This document shows, piece by piece, positions 1 through 9,183 of a DNA stretch of 64,000 nucleotides. Within the stretch, counting starts at the first letter, position 1. The number at the start of each line of letters is the position of its first letter. A model generated the notes under the pieces. The model made no database searches. It was not told where the DNA came from and saw only the letters and a list, made by a program, of their open reading frames with translations. This DNA is from Plasmodiophora brassicae (Eukaryota), in assembly GCA_036867785.1 (NCBI GenBank), contig CP145422.1, forward strand, positions 992,001 to 1,056,000, read 5' to 3'. The translations under genes were made by a program, and so were the position numbers.

Positions 1-289
1 ACATTGACGTTCATCGCTGGGACGTCCTGCGCCCCCAATGCCCTGCAGCACTTCGCAGCGGAACCGATGCGGTATTATCCCGGCCTGCACAGATGCTGCT
101 TGTGCCGCGTTATGAAGCAGCCGGAACGCGTCGCCAAGTACAATGGCAGAAGCAGGGAAGACTGCAACGCTGCGTAGCGGTGCGGGCTTAACGTGCCGGT
201 ACGAGGACATTCTGGAACAGGACCTGATGTTGCGGTACAATAACGCGTCTTTAATCTACAAACAGTTCGAGCGTGGTCTGTCCTGCAAC

Positions 290-1239
290 TAGAGATGGCA
301 GCGGGTCGACCCGACCCGAGTCGACCCGGGTCGACCCGACCCGACCCGACTCACCCGTGGGGGTTCCCAGTCGACCCGGGTCAGACCCGCCGCGCCCGCC
401 CATGACCCGGGTCGACCCGGGTCGACCCGGGTCATGGACCTGCAGTTGGCATAGCGGACTTGGGGGTGGCAGACACTGATCTCGACAGACTCGACTCTCG
501 GCCCTCGGGGTGCCGGGACTTGCTGACGGCCGGCCCGCCGTCCCTGGCCGCAGATTGGGCTCCGGAGACAAGGCGATCCTCTGGATCGAGCACCTTCATG
601 TTGTGTCAACGTACACCCGTCGTCGAGTTTACTTGGCACTAGAGTGCTCGCAAGAATGCCAAGATTGCAAGTCACTCAGTTGCAGACGGCGCCACTTCAA
701 ATCCCGAATCTTCTTCGTTGGATGCGACGACAGCGATAAACAGCCTTCGAACTTTGCTAAAGTCGAACGAAAAGCACCCAGACCACCTAGAGAAGTGAAG
801 CTTCCAGCGAGTCCTTCGAGAACGAACTGCAGCGGTGGTTCTCCCACCGGAAATGTCAGGGGAGAAGAGCGCCCGTGACGTTCGCACGTGGTTAGGTTAG
901 TTAGCAACTGTTTCCACGGGTCGCGATGAGGGCACGTGACTTCATGGGCTTCAACCTCGGTTACGCCGCACGCGCCTGAGCGACCCAGCGGGCCAGCAGC
1001 GAGTGCCATATGCGAATTGCAGTCCTTCAGACGACGTATTCTATTAATTCGTCGACAGTCATGTCTTATGGAGGTGTTTCCCGGCCAGTGGCCTGACATT
1101 CATTCCGACCCGGGTCGACCCGGGTCTGACCCGGGTCTGACCCGGGTCCGACCCGTTGGCCTCAGGACTCGACCCGGGTCAGACCCGACTCGGCAGGTCC
1201 CTGACCCGCCCGACCCGGGTCGACCCGTTGACATTACTA
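290..1239. mobile_element. Non-autonomous hAT-superfamily DNA transposon (MITE-like)
   Basis: Imperfect TIRs TAGAGATGGCAGCGGGTCGACCCG (from 290) vs revcomp TAGTAATGTCAACGGGTCGACCCG (ending 1239); 8-bp TSD CCTGCAAC (282-289) / CCTGCAAG (1240-1247); dense subterminal GACCCG/CGGGTC repeats at both ends. Confidence 0.85.
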
Positions 1240-1440
1240 CCTGCAAGTTCGAAACTGGTCGTCGGCCTGGTCGCACCCGTCACGCATCATCACGCAAAGT
1301 CCTGGCCGCACTTGGACTGGACGCGCTCGCGGCCTGGCCGCAGCCCGCGCACGCAGAATAGGGGGTCCTCCAGCACACCGTGCGCCGTGCGGGCATTGTT
1401 CGACACGAGTGCAGCGAGTCCAGTGACAGGGGGTGGGTGG

Positions 1441-1850
1441 ATGGAGGAGGGATTTGTCACGGGCGGCCGGGCGGCCGGGTTATGGGCATCGTCGTCGTCG
1501 CCGTCGTCGTCGTCAGTACGCGACGGCCTGCTATGGGTTCGCGTCCAATCGCGATGGCGCAAATGCCATGTGCGCGCAAACGATTTCGAGATCCGCACCA
1601 ATGCAGGTTCGTCGGGGGAGGTTCATACCGGCCGTCGGTCAGTCAACGTGCTGCGTCGACTGCGGACCCGGCTGCCGTTTGCCATCACCGGTGAACGCTT
1701 CAAGATGTACCTCGCCGCGTCGCCGTCACGTGAGCTAGACAGCTGGGTAACCGTTCTGCGAAAGGTATTCTACATTCGACCTACGGACGTCCACACCTAC
1801 TTGGTTTCTGAAGAGTTCTGCAGACTACAATGCTCGTCACGGGCGTTCCG
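1441..1850 (+). pseudogene. PH-domain-like coding fragment (degenerate or exon)
   Basis: VRDGLLWVR...RWRK...FAITGERFKMYLAASPSRELDSWVTVLRK resembles PH strand 1 and the C-terminal Trp helix; gene structure not resolved. Confidence 0.35.
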
Positions 1851-2570
1851 ACCGCCGATGACGTCGAGCAAGCGGTTGCACAGTTTGAAAGCCGAATGTG
1901 CTGCAACTGGTGCCACCTTCGGTGAACGATCGCCAATGGTTGCAGTCCGACGGTCGATTCCCGAACGCCCGCTTCTGCGTGGAACCAGAGGTCGATATCG
2001 ATGCCGACGAAGACCCCGCTGGAAGTGCTGTGTGTGCATTGTACATTGCACAGGTCTCACGGTTAGCGCATGAAGTCTATCGACTCGTGTTTGCTAATAT
2101 ATGGACAGGTTATCGCAACACGAAAACGGCCGTTGTGAACTGATTGGACAGTGCCTGCGATACGAATGAACGTGCGGAAAGCAAAGTACGTCGGTTGAGC
2201 CGGCTTGTTCCAAACGAATGATGACTTGAACTGCAAGGTCGGTGGCGGGAGAACCAGCAAAGGCATCGAGCCGGACGGTTCGATAATTGGATATCGCTTC
2301 TGCCTTACTGGAGAGTCGGTAAACCCGATTTCTCGAGAGCCGCGTCAGCGTGCCTACATCTGTTTCGGCGTTTCGAATCTGTCGATCGCGTCGCAATGTG
2401 CACAGGCACTCACCCTTCTTTCTAGTCACGTATCCGTGCGACTAGTTGTCTGCTGCAAGTAGACGGCAAAGATGGCATGCCTGTGGTGAAGCTTGCAGCA
2501 GACAACTAGTCGCACGGATACGTGACTAGAAAGAAGGGTGAGTGCCTGTGCACATTGCGACGCGATCGAC

Positions 2571-2738
2571 AATCGGGACACTGGTGCGACCTCGAGTCCG
2601 CAGAATGCCTTAGATCAGCAATCATAGGGCGCCTCCCACATATACCGCGCAACACTGCCGTACGGCGTCCGTGGCGCACCAATCATATATTCTGCTATCT
2701 GGCCTTGTCTGGTCTTGTCCGTGTCCTGCGTGCTAATT
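2571..2738 (+). repeat. 5' LTR of chimeric element (AAT...ATT termini)
   Basis: Identical direct repeat of 7462-7629. Confidence 0.95.
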
Positions 2739-2751
2739 GGTTTTGGGCCCA
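2739..2751 (+). promoter_or_regulatory. Primer-binding site, copia/Hemivirus type (half tRNA-iMet)
   Basis: GGTTTTGGGCCCA abuts the 5' LTR and differs by one base from the copia-type GGTTATGGGCCCA. Confidence 0.75.
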
Positions 2752-2929
2752 TCCCAAGCCTTACCCCTGTCCCTGTCCCCGTCCCTGTCCCCGTCCCTGT
2801 CCCTGTCCCTGCCCCAGTTCCCGTGTCCCGTGTCCCAGCCCGTGTCGCGATCCAGTTCGCGTTGTGACCGCCGCGCCCCACGCTCGGTTTGTACCCGTCC
2901 CTGTCCCCCTGCTCCCGCCGCCCGCCATA

Positions 2930-3874
2930 ATGGCGGAGGACTGGAACCAGCTCGTCACAAACCTGAACTCTCAGATCCAGCACTTGCAACAGCAACAACA
3001 GCAACAGCAGCAGCTTCTACAGCAACAGCACGATCAACTGCTACAACAGCAACAACTACTGCAGCAGCAACCAATCCCACAGCAGCACGGTGGCGCCCGC
3101 GAACCAAAAGTCAAGCTACCGCCGGCCTATAACGGCAGCCTGTCGGAGCTTCGGGGTTTCCTTAACCAGGTCAAACTGGTTATTACCCAGCAGCCCAACA
3201 CATACGCGACCGACGCTCAGAAGGTTGCGTTGGTGGGCCAGCTGTTGGGTGGCGACGCCCTAAAGTGGTTTAACCCACTGTTCGAGAGGAATGACGACCT
3301 GATGAAGGACTTCAGCGCCTTCGTCTCCGCAATCAAGAGCAGATTCGGGGACCCGAACCTCGCAGAGACCGCGGCCCGCAAGCTCCAGCACCTGCGTCAG
3401 GGTCGAGGCACCGTCGCCCGCTTCGCCACAGAATTCCAGAACTTGGCGGCGGACGCGGGGTTCAACGACTCAGCCTGCCGACACATGTTCCGCGCAGCCC
3501 TGTCTCGGGACGTACAGTTCCTCCTGCTGTCCTTGCCTGTCGCGAAAACACTCGACGAGCTCGTCCAGCAGGCGATTCGCTGCGACAACCGTCTCTCCGA
3601 GCACAGATCGAACACCATGGTCCCAGCACCAGCTGTTCCTGCCGTCGTCTCCGCATCAGCTGCCCCTCCCGTTGCCGCAACACCCCCGGCCGCCGCGATC
3701 GGGCCGGTTCCCATGATCATCGACGCTGTGACCGGTGGCCCCCGCGCCTCGCTGACTGCCGAAGAGAAAGACCGCCGACGCCGTGAGGGCCTGTGCCTAT
3801 ACTGTGGAATGCCTGGCCATATCGCGTCGACCTGTCCTGTGCGTCCACAGGGAAACGTCCCTCGACGTGGCTGA
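2930..3874 (+). CDS. gag: Gag, Ty3/gypsy sushi/PEG10-like (polyQ coiled coil, capsid domain, single CCHC knuckle)
   Basis: EPKVKLPPAYNG..LRGFL..Y.TDAQKVALVGQLLGGDALKWF; LRQGRGTVARFATEF; PVPMIIDA..LTAEEKDRRRREGLCLYCGMPGHIASTCP. Confidence 0.9.
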   Translation: MAEDWNQLVTNLNSQIQHLQQQQQQQQQLLQQQHDQLLQQQQLLQQQPIPQQHGGAREPKVKLPPAYNGSLSELRGFLNQVKLVITQQPNTYATDAQKVALVGQLLGGDALKWFNPLFERNDDLMKDFSAFVSAIKSRFGDPNLAETAARKLQHLRQGRGTVARFATEFQNLAADAGFNDSACRHMFRAALSRDVQFLLLSLPVAKTLDELVQQAIRCDNRLSEHRSNTMVPAPAVPAVVSASAAPPVAATPPAAAIGPVPMIIDAVTGGPRASLTAEEKDRRRREGLCLYCGMPGHIASTCPVRPQGNVPRRG

Positions 3875-3896
3875 TGACCCGGTCGGTCGCCACGTC
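3850..3896 (+). promoter_or_regulatory. -1 programmed ribosomal frameshift signal
   Basis: Slippery heptamer G_GGA_AAC (3850-3856) in the gag frame, 7-nt spacer, then stem GACGTGGC (3864-3871) / GCCACGTC (3889-3896); pol is in the -1 frame. Confidence 0.85.
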
Positions 3897-6800
3897 TCTC
3901 GCGAATACACAACGCGTTCCCCTCCAAAACTCCGACCGATTCCCACATGAAGTAATGATCTCTGCGTCCACCATTCCTCCAGAGCGCCCCGACCTTGTCC
4001 TAAGCATTGATGTGTCCCTGCTGCTCGACAACGGCAGGACTGTGCAGACGAAGGCACTCATCGACTCTGGAGCAACGAACGACTTCATTCACCGCGATCT
4101 CGTCCACTTGCACAATGTACCCCTCGTTGAGAAACCTGCACCAGTTGACTTGGAGGTAATTGACGGGCGACGGCTGCCGAAAGTGTCAATGGAAACCGTC
4201 CCAGTTAGCCTCCGCATCGGCAACCACTCCTACTCGATCGTGCTGAACGTGATTGACTCCCCGCGATTCCCAGTCATACTCGGCATGACCTGGCTCACCA
4301 AACACAACCCGAGCATCAACTGGGCACACAGGACAATCGAGTTCCTCCGCACGCCCGACAACGAGTCAAGCGAATCCTCGACTCCAACCTCCGAAGGCAC
4401 CATCACAACACTAACCCTGCACGATGTCGACACAACACCCGAACGACCCGAATCCACTTCAGTCCCAGGAGCCTCGCCAACCGAACAGACACCGCCACCA
4501 GCAAACGCCAAGCGACGCCGCAAGTGGAAGCCCGAGATCCACGCCGATAACGACAAGGTACCTTACGCCGTTCCGCTTCCCGGGGATTGGAACCAACCCC
4601 AGAGTCTCAAGCGGTGGCACCACCGCCTCGGCCACCGTAACCTGCGTGACGTCATCCTGATGGCAAATCATGACCTTACCGAGTCCATGGAGATCCTGGC
4701 ACAGAAGGTTGACAGGTTCTGCGAAGGGTGCGCTATCGCGAAAGCCAAGGAACGTCCTTTCCCCTCGGAGTCCAAAGAAAAACAGTGGAACGTGCTCGAG
4801 AGAATCGACGTCGACGAATGCGGACCGCTTCCCGTCGCCTCACTCAAAGGGGAGCGATACTTTATCACGTTCACGGAATTTGCAACCAGGATGAAATTTA
4901 CCTTCCTGTTGCACCACAAGAACCAGGCGCTGACCAAGTTCAAGGAGCTCAAGACTCGAATTGAGAATCGCCTGGAGAAATCCATTAAGATCCTCTTCGG
5001 CGACAACGATGGGGTATTCATCAACAACGAGTTCAAGGCGTTCTTGCAGGACAACGGGATCGAGTGGAGATCAACGGTGGAGTATTCCTCCAAGCAGAAC
5101 GGTGTCTCCGAACGGGGACACCTGACGCTCATGGACTCCGGTCGCGCAATGCTCGTACACGCAAGGCTCCCCAAGCAGTTCTGGGGACCCGCAATTCTGA
5201 CTGCCAGCCACGTCCATAATCTCTGCCCCCACCCACGCGATCCCTCGACCACGCCCCATGAAATGCTGTCGCGCTCGAAACCTGATATCCGCTATCTTAG
5301 AACGTTCGGGTGCGACGCATATGGCTACGTCCCGTCCAGCCAGAGAACGAAGCTGGACCCACGCGCCGTGAAAGGCATCTTCATCGGGTATGCAGACCAC
5401 CAGAAAGGGTACGTCCTCTATCACCCTTCGTCCGGCCTGATCAAGGTGTACCGCAGCGTGACGTTCAGCGAAGACAGCTTCGGCGGCCGCAGTGCGGACG
5501 ACGCCCTCGCCGATCCCGAGGAACCTGAGTCTGGATACGACAGCGACTACGTTCCCTCCGGTGACGAACCCGCTGTCGAGGGGGCGCAGTCCGCCGCAGG
5601 CCCCAGTGAGGATCCGCGACCTCCCACCGAACGAGCCCGGCGTCTCTCCCGCAAGCCAGACCGTTTAGGAGATCCCGTCCACCACGCCTGGATCGCGTCC
5701 CTGCAACCTACCAACGACGATCCTATTCACCACATGTGGATAGGTTCCACACATCAATGCGACGACGACGATGACGCCGCGCTCAATGCAGATGACCCCG
5801 ACACTCCAAACACATATGAAGACGCCATGGCAAGTCCCGAGGCAGAGTTCTGGACTAAGGCGATGGCCGATGAATTGAAGAGCCTGAAACAGCACAAGAC
5901 ATGGGAAGCTGTGGAGCGACTACCCGACGGGGCACGCCCCATCGGATGCCGCTGGGTCTACAAGCGCAAGATCACCAAGTCAAGTCAGATCCCGCCGGAC
6001 ACCACCTGGGTTCTCCGCCATGACCCCGACGGTGTCACCTCCTACCGGTACAAGGCTCGACTATGCATACTCGGCTACAGACAGCGCCAGGGGATCGACT
6101 ACACGAACACCTATGCGCCAGTCGTCCGGAGCGACATCCTCCGTCTAGTACTAGCCATGTCCGTCCAAGACAAGGAGATCATCGCCGAGCAGATGGATGT
6201 GATGACCGCATTCCTCAACGCCCACCTCACCGAAGAGATCTACATGGACTCCCCGAAAGGGATGAAGGCCAGAACCCGTTTCGTCAAGCTCCTACGATCG
6301 ATCTATGGCCTGAAACAGGCCCCAAGAGAATGGTTCAAGGTCATCGACGCCTTCCTCGTTAACGAATGCGGGTTCCAACGAGCCAAGTCCGCATCGTGCT
6401 TGTACTTCAAACGTGGTCCAACTGGACGGCTCGTCATTGTTGGGGTCTACGTCGATGATATTCCCATCGTCGGACATCCCGAACTCGTACAGGAAACCAA
6501 GTCAGCCCTCTCGAAGAGATTCAAGATGTCGGACATGGGAGAGCTTCAATCAGTCATTGGCTTCGACGTCGATAGACAAGGTGGATCGGTGTTCCTGTCG
6601 CAGGAACGCTACACGAAAACTATCCTCGACACCTACGGCATGGCCGAATCGCGCCCCGTCTCGACACCGGCAGATGCGAACTTGAAGTTATCCACATCAC
6701 TGTGCCCGCAGAACCAGGCCGATCGCGAACTTGCCGCCTTAGAAGGCCAGCGCATCAACTATCGAGCAGCGGTAGGTCACCTAATGTGGCTGCTGCACAC

Positions 6801-7518
6801 CCGGCCAGACATCGCCTATGCGGTGAACGAGGTCTCCCGATACGTGCAAGACCCAGGGCCAGCGCACTTCGTCGCGCTGAAGCGAGTCTTCAGGTACCTC
6901 AACGGCACTCGCAACTACGGCCTCCTGTTCGAAGGAGGTGGGGAAACGGCCACACCGCTCCTGGTCGGCTACTCCGATTCTGATTGGGGTGGAGACCTCG
7001 ACACACGACGATCGACTTCGGGGTGCGTGTTCCTTCTGAATGGCTGCCCGGTTTCATTTCGCTCTAAGAAGCAGACCACGGTCGCGTTATCGTCGTGCGA
7101 GGCGGAGACGGTGGCGTCAACACTCGCGGCAACAGAAGGCGTCTGGTTGCGCAATGTGCTGGACGAACTAGGTTTTCCACAAGCTCAGCCTACACCTCTA
7201 CACGTAGACAATCAGGGGGCGATCGCGTTCGCCAACAGCGAAATCAACCACAGCAAGATGAAACATCTCGCGCTCAAGGACCACTTCGTCAGAGAACTGG
7301 TGGCATCCAACCAGATCAAGGTGCACTACGTCCGCTCGTGCGAGAACCTCGCCGACATCTTCACGAAACCACTCGGAAAGCACAAGTTCGTAGAATTCCG
7401 TGCGGCCCTCAAGTGCGTACCGCATCCCCACATGAACTTGGACTCTCAGGTCGAGGGGAGGAATCGGGACACTGGTGCGACCTCGAGTCCGCAGAATGCC
7501 TTAGATCAGCAATCATAG
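3850..7518 (+). CDS. pol: Pol: gypsy-type aspartic protease, then copia GAG-pre-integrase, integrase, RT (RVT_2) and RNase H
   Basis: ALIDSGAT...VILGMTWLTKHNPSINW (gypsy PR); WHHRLGH..CEGC; DECGP..DNDG..QNGVSER; QKGY; RWVYKRK..YKARL..QMDVMTAFLNA..IYGLKQAPREW..YVDD; YSDSDWGGD..RRSTSG..NLADIFTKPL. Confidence 0.95.
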   Translation, partial: GKRPSTWLMTRSVATSLANTQRVPLQNSDRFPHEVMISASTIPPERPDLVLSIDVSLLLDNGRTVQTKALIDSGATNDFIHRDLVHLHNVPLVEKPAPVDLEVIDGRRLPKVSMETVPVSLRIGNHSYSIVLNVIDSPRFPVILGMTWLTKHNPSINWAHRTIEFLRTPDNESSESSTPTSEGTITTLTLHDVDTTPERPESTSVPGASPTEQTPPPANAKRRRKWKPEIHADNDKVPYAVPLPGDWNQPQSLKRWHHRLGHRNLRDVILMANHDLTESMEILAQKVDRFCEGCAIAKAKERPFPSESKEKQWNVLERIDVDECGPLPVASLKGERYFITFTEFATRMKFTFLLHHKNQALTKFKELKTRIENRLEKSIKILFGDNDGVFINNEFKAFLQDNGIEWRSTVEYSSKQNGVSERGHLTLMDSGRAMLVHARLPKQFWGPAILTASHVHNLCPHPRDPSTTPHEMLSRSKPDIRYLRTFGCDAYGYVPSSQRTKLDPRAVKGIFIGYADHQKGYVLYHPSSGLIKVYRSVTFSEDSFGGRSADDALADPEEPESGYDSDYVPSGDEPAVEGAQSAAGPSEDPRPPTERARRLSRKPDRLGDPVHHAWIASLQPTNDDPIHHMWIGSTHQCDDDDDAALNADDPDTPNTYEDAMASPEAEFWTKAMADELKSLKQHKTWEAVERLPDGARPIGCRWVYKRKITKSSQIPPDTTWVLRHDPDGVTSYRYKARLCILGYRQRQGIDYTNTYAPVVRSDILRLVLAMSVQDKEIIAEQMDVMTAFLNAHLTEEIYMDSPKGMKARTRFVKLLRSIYGLKQAPREWFKVIDAFLVNECGFQRAKSASCLYFKRGPTGRLVIVGVYVDDIPIVGHPELVQETKSALSKRFKMSDMGELQSVIGFDVDRQGGSVFLSQERYTKTILDTYGMAESRPVSTPADANLKLSTSLCPQNQADRELAALEGQRINYRAAVGHLMWLLHTRPDIAYAVNEVSRYVQDPGPAHFVALKRVFRYLNGTRNYGLLFEGGGETATPLLVGYSDSDWGGDLDTRRSTSGCVFLLNGCPVSFRSKKQTTVALSSCEAETVASTLAATEGVWLRNVLDELGFPQAQPTPLHVDNQGAIAFANSEINHSKMKHLALKDHFVRELVASNQIKVHYVRSCENLADIFTKPLGKHKFVEFRAALKCVPHPHMNLDSQVEGRNRDTGATSSPQNALDQQS

Positions 7519-7629
7519 GGCGCCTCCCACATATACCGCGCAACACTGCCGTACGGCGTCCGTGGCGCACCAATCATATATTCTGCTATCTGGCCTTGTC
7601 TGGTCTTGTCCGTGTCCTGCGTGCTAATT
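7462..7629 (+). repeat. 3' LTR of chimeric element
   Basis: Identical to 2571-2738; preceded by the PPT and followed by TSD TCGAC. Confidence 0.95.
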
Positions 7630-7898
7630 TCGACAGATTCGCGACGTCGAAATAGATATAGACACGCTGACGCGGCTGTCGAGTAATCGGGTTTACCGAC
7701 TCTCCAGAAAGGCAGAAGTGTAACGAACCGCGTCGCACTTCCCGCAATCTACATACGCCGTGGCGGAGTCCGTGGCAGTTGGCTGGCGGACGTCATTGCT
7801 GTTTCGATTGCATATATACAGGCAGCGTCCTGCTGTTAGTGTGAGGCGAACGCCACCGCGTACCTAAAAGTAATCCCCAGGTCGCGTGTTCAGCACAC

Positions 7899-7915
7899 GC
7901 AATCGAAACAGCAAT
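7899..7915 (+). promoter_or_regulatory. Self-priming PBS
   Basis: GCAATCGAAACAGCAAT is the exact reverse complement of LTR bases 7795-7811 (ATTGCTGTTTCGATTGC); no TGG tRNA PBS present. Confidence 0.8.
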
Positions 7916-7923
7916 TCGGGTTC

Positions 7924-9183
7924 ATGACGACAGAGAACGGAGGTGATGGCGCAGGCGCGCAGACCATCCGGGTCAAGGTCGAGGACATGGTCAAGATCCA
8001 GTCGACGCTGGACGTCATCCTGGAGCGGCTGGCAGCGTTGGAAGCGGGCAGGGCGAACACGGATGCGACGGTCGCAGCGCTCGGACTGGATCTGGAGGAG
8101 ATCAAGGAGGTGGTGATCAGAGACCGAGCGGCGGCGCCGCCGGAGCGGGGCAACCAGGCAGCAGGTGCGAGGGGAGATGGGAACGCCAGGGTTGCCGCAG
8201 GGCCCGGGACCAGAGCACCCTTGCGAGGCGCAGTGCGCGTGCCACGTGGCAGCAGCATTGGCGACGACGAGGACGAGATCGAAGGACGCTATGGAAGGGG
8301 TGGCCGGCGCGGAGGCTACGAAGCAGATGACCGTCGCCAACTGCCGATCAAGATTTCCCTCAAGGAATGCGTGAGTAACCCCTGGAAGAGCGGGGAGGAG
8401 GTCAAGACGTGGCTGAACGGAGCCGTCGCGACGGTGCGACGATTGAAGGCCAGCCGCGACGACATCCAGGACTATGTCATCAGCAAGTTGATGGAACCAC
8501 AGCTGCGGGCGCATGTGGTGGCGTCGGCACGACAGCTGCCTGATGCGCCGTTCGTCGACGTGCTGATCGACGCGAGAGACAAGCTTCTGGGCACCACGCA
8601 GACCCGAACGCGGCGTTCGTGGAAGAGTGCGGCACGAGCGCTCAAGCAGGCCGACAACGAGTCGTTGACTGACTTCCTGCCGAAATTGGAAACGGTCATT
8701 AACGAGTTCGTCGAGAACGATCCCGAGCACGCCGACGATGAGGAGATCTTCGACATCTACCTGGCGGCGATTACCCCGGATGTGAAGGCGATTCTGGAAA
8801 CGGAGCACCTTCTCTGGGCGCACCTGGACGTGCGGGAGACGTACCTGGACAAGGTGGGATACCTCAGGGAATGCCTATACGCCCAACGTGCCAAGGAAGG
8901 CGTGAAGCCGAAGAAACGGACGTTGGTCGGGGCGGTTACCAGGTCACCCATCTGTAACACGTGCAACAGCCGGGACCACTCCTGGAGGGACTGCGATCGC
9001 GCACGCGCTAAGGAGAGCTGCAGGGCATGTAACGGCGCCCAACACTTCCAGTTCGAATGCCCGAGGCGCAATGCAAGCCCGCAAGGGAGCGGCGGCGCGA
9101 CGGTGAACGGACCTACGACACCGGCGGCAGCAGCAGCGGGGGCACCGGCGGGCGCGGCGGCGCCGGCCTCGCCGTCCGGCTGA
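7924..9183 (+). CDS. gag: Gag of gypsy element (two CCHC zinc knuckles)
   Basis: LKQADNESLTDF capsid motif; CNTCNSRDHSWRDC and CRACNGAQHFQFEC; ends in TGA-CGG in frame with the protease. Confidence 0.9.
   Translation: MTTENGGDGAGAQTIRVKVEDMVKIQSTLDVILERLAALEAGRANTDATVAALGLDLEEIKEVVIRDRAAAPPERGNQAAGARGDGNARVAAGPGTRAPLRGAVRVPRGSSIGDDEDEIEGRYGRGGRRGGYEADDRRQLPIKISLKECVSNPWKSGEEVKTWLNGAVATVRRLKASRDDIQDYVISKLMEPQLRAHVVASARQLPDAPFVDVLIDARDKLLGTTQTRTRRSWKSAARALKQADNESLTDFLPKLETVINEFVENDPEHADDEEIFDIYLAAITPDVKAILETEHLLWAHLDVRETYLDKVGYLRECLYAQRAKEGVKPKKRTLVGAVTRSPICNTCNSRDHSWRDCDRARAKESCRACNGAQHFQFECPRRNASPQGSGGATVNGPTTPAAAAAGAPAGAAAPASPSG

Larger units (their letters stand above)
2571..7629 (+). mobile_element. 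Full-length LTR retrotransposon, chimeric: gypsy-type gag/protease plus copia-type IN-RT-RH
   Basis: Identical 168-bp LTRs (2571-2738, 7462-7629); TSD TCGAC (2566-2570, 7630-7634); PBS GGTTTTGGGCCCA; PPT GAGGGGAGG (7453-7461); open gag and pol frames. Confidence 0.95.

Noticed and set aside
2522-2929. N-terminal extension of Gag given in the ORF track
   Set aside because: It runs through flank, LTR, PBS and the CCCTGT repeat from a GTG; the real start is likely the ATG at 2930.
2571-7629. Simple nesting of a copia inside a gypsy as the explanation of the chimera
   Set aside because: There is no internal LTR, TSD or stop at the PR-IN junction, only one LTR pair, and the frame is continuous.
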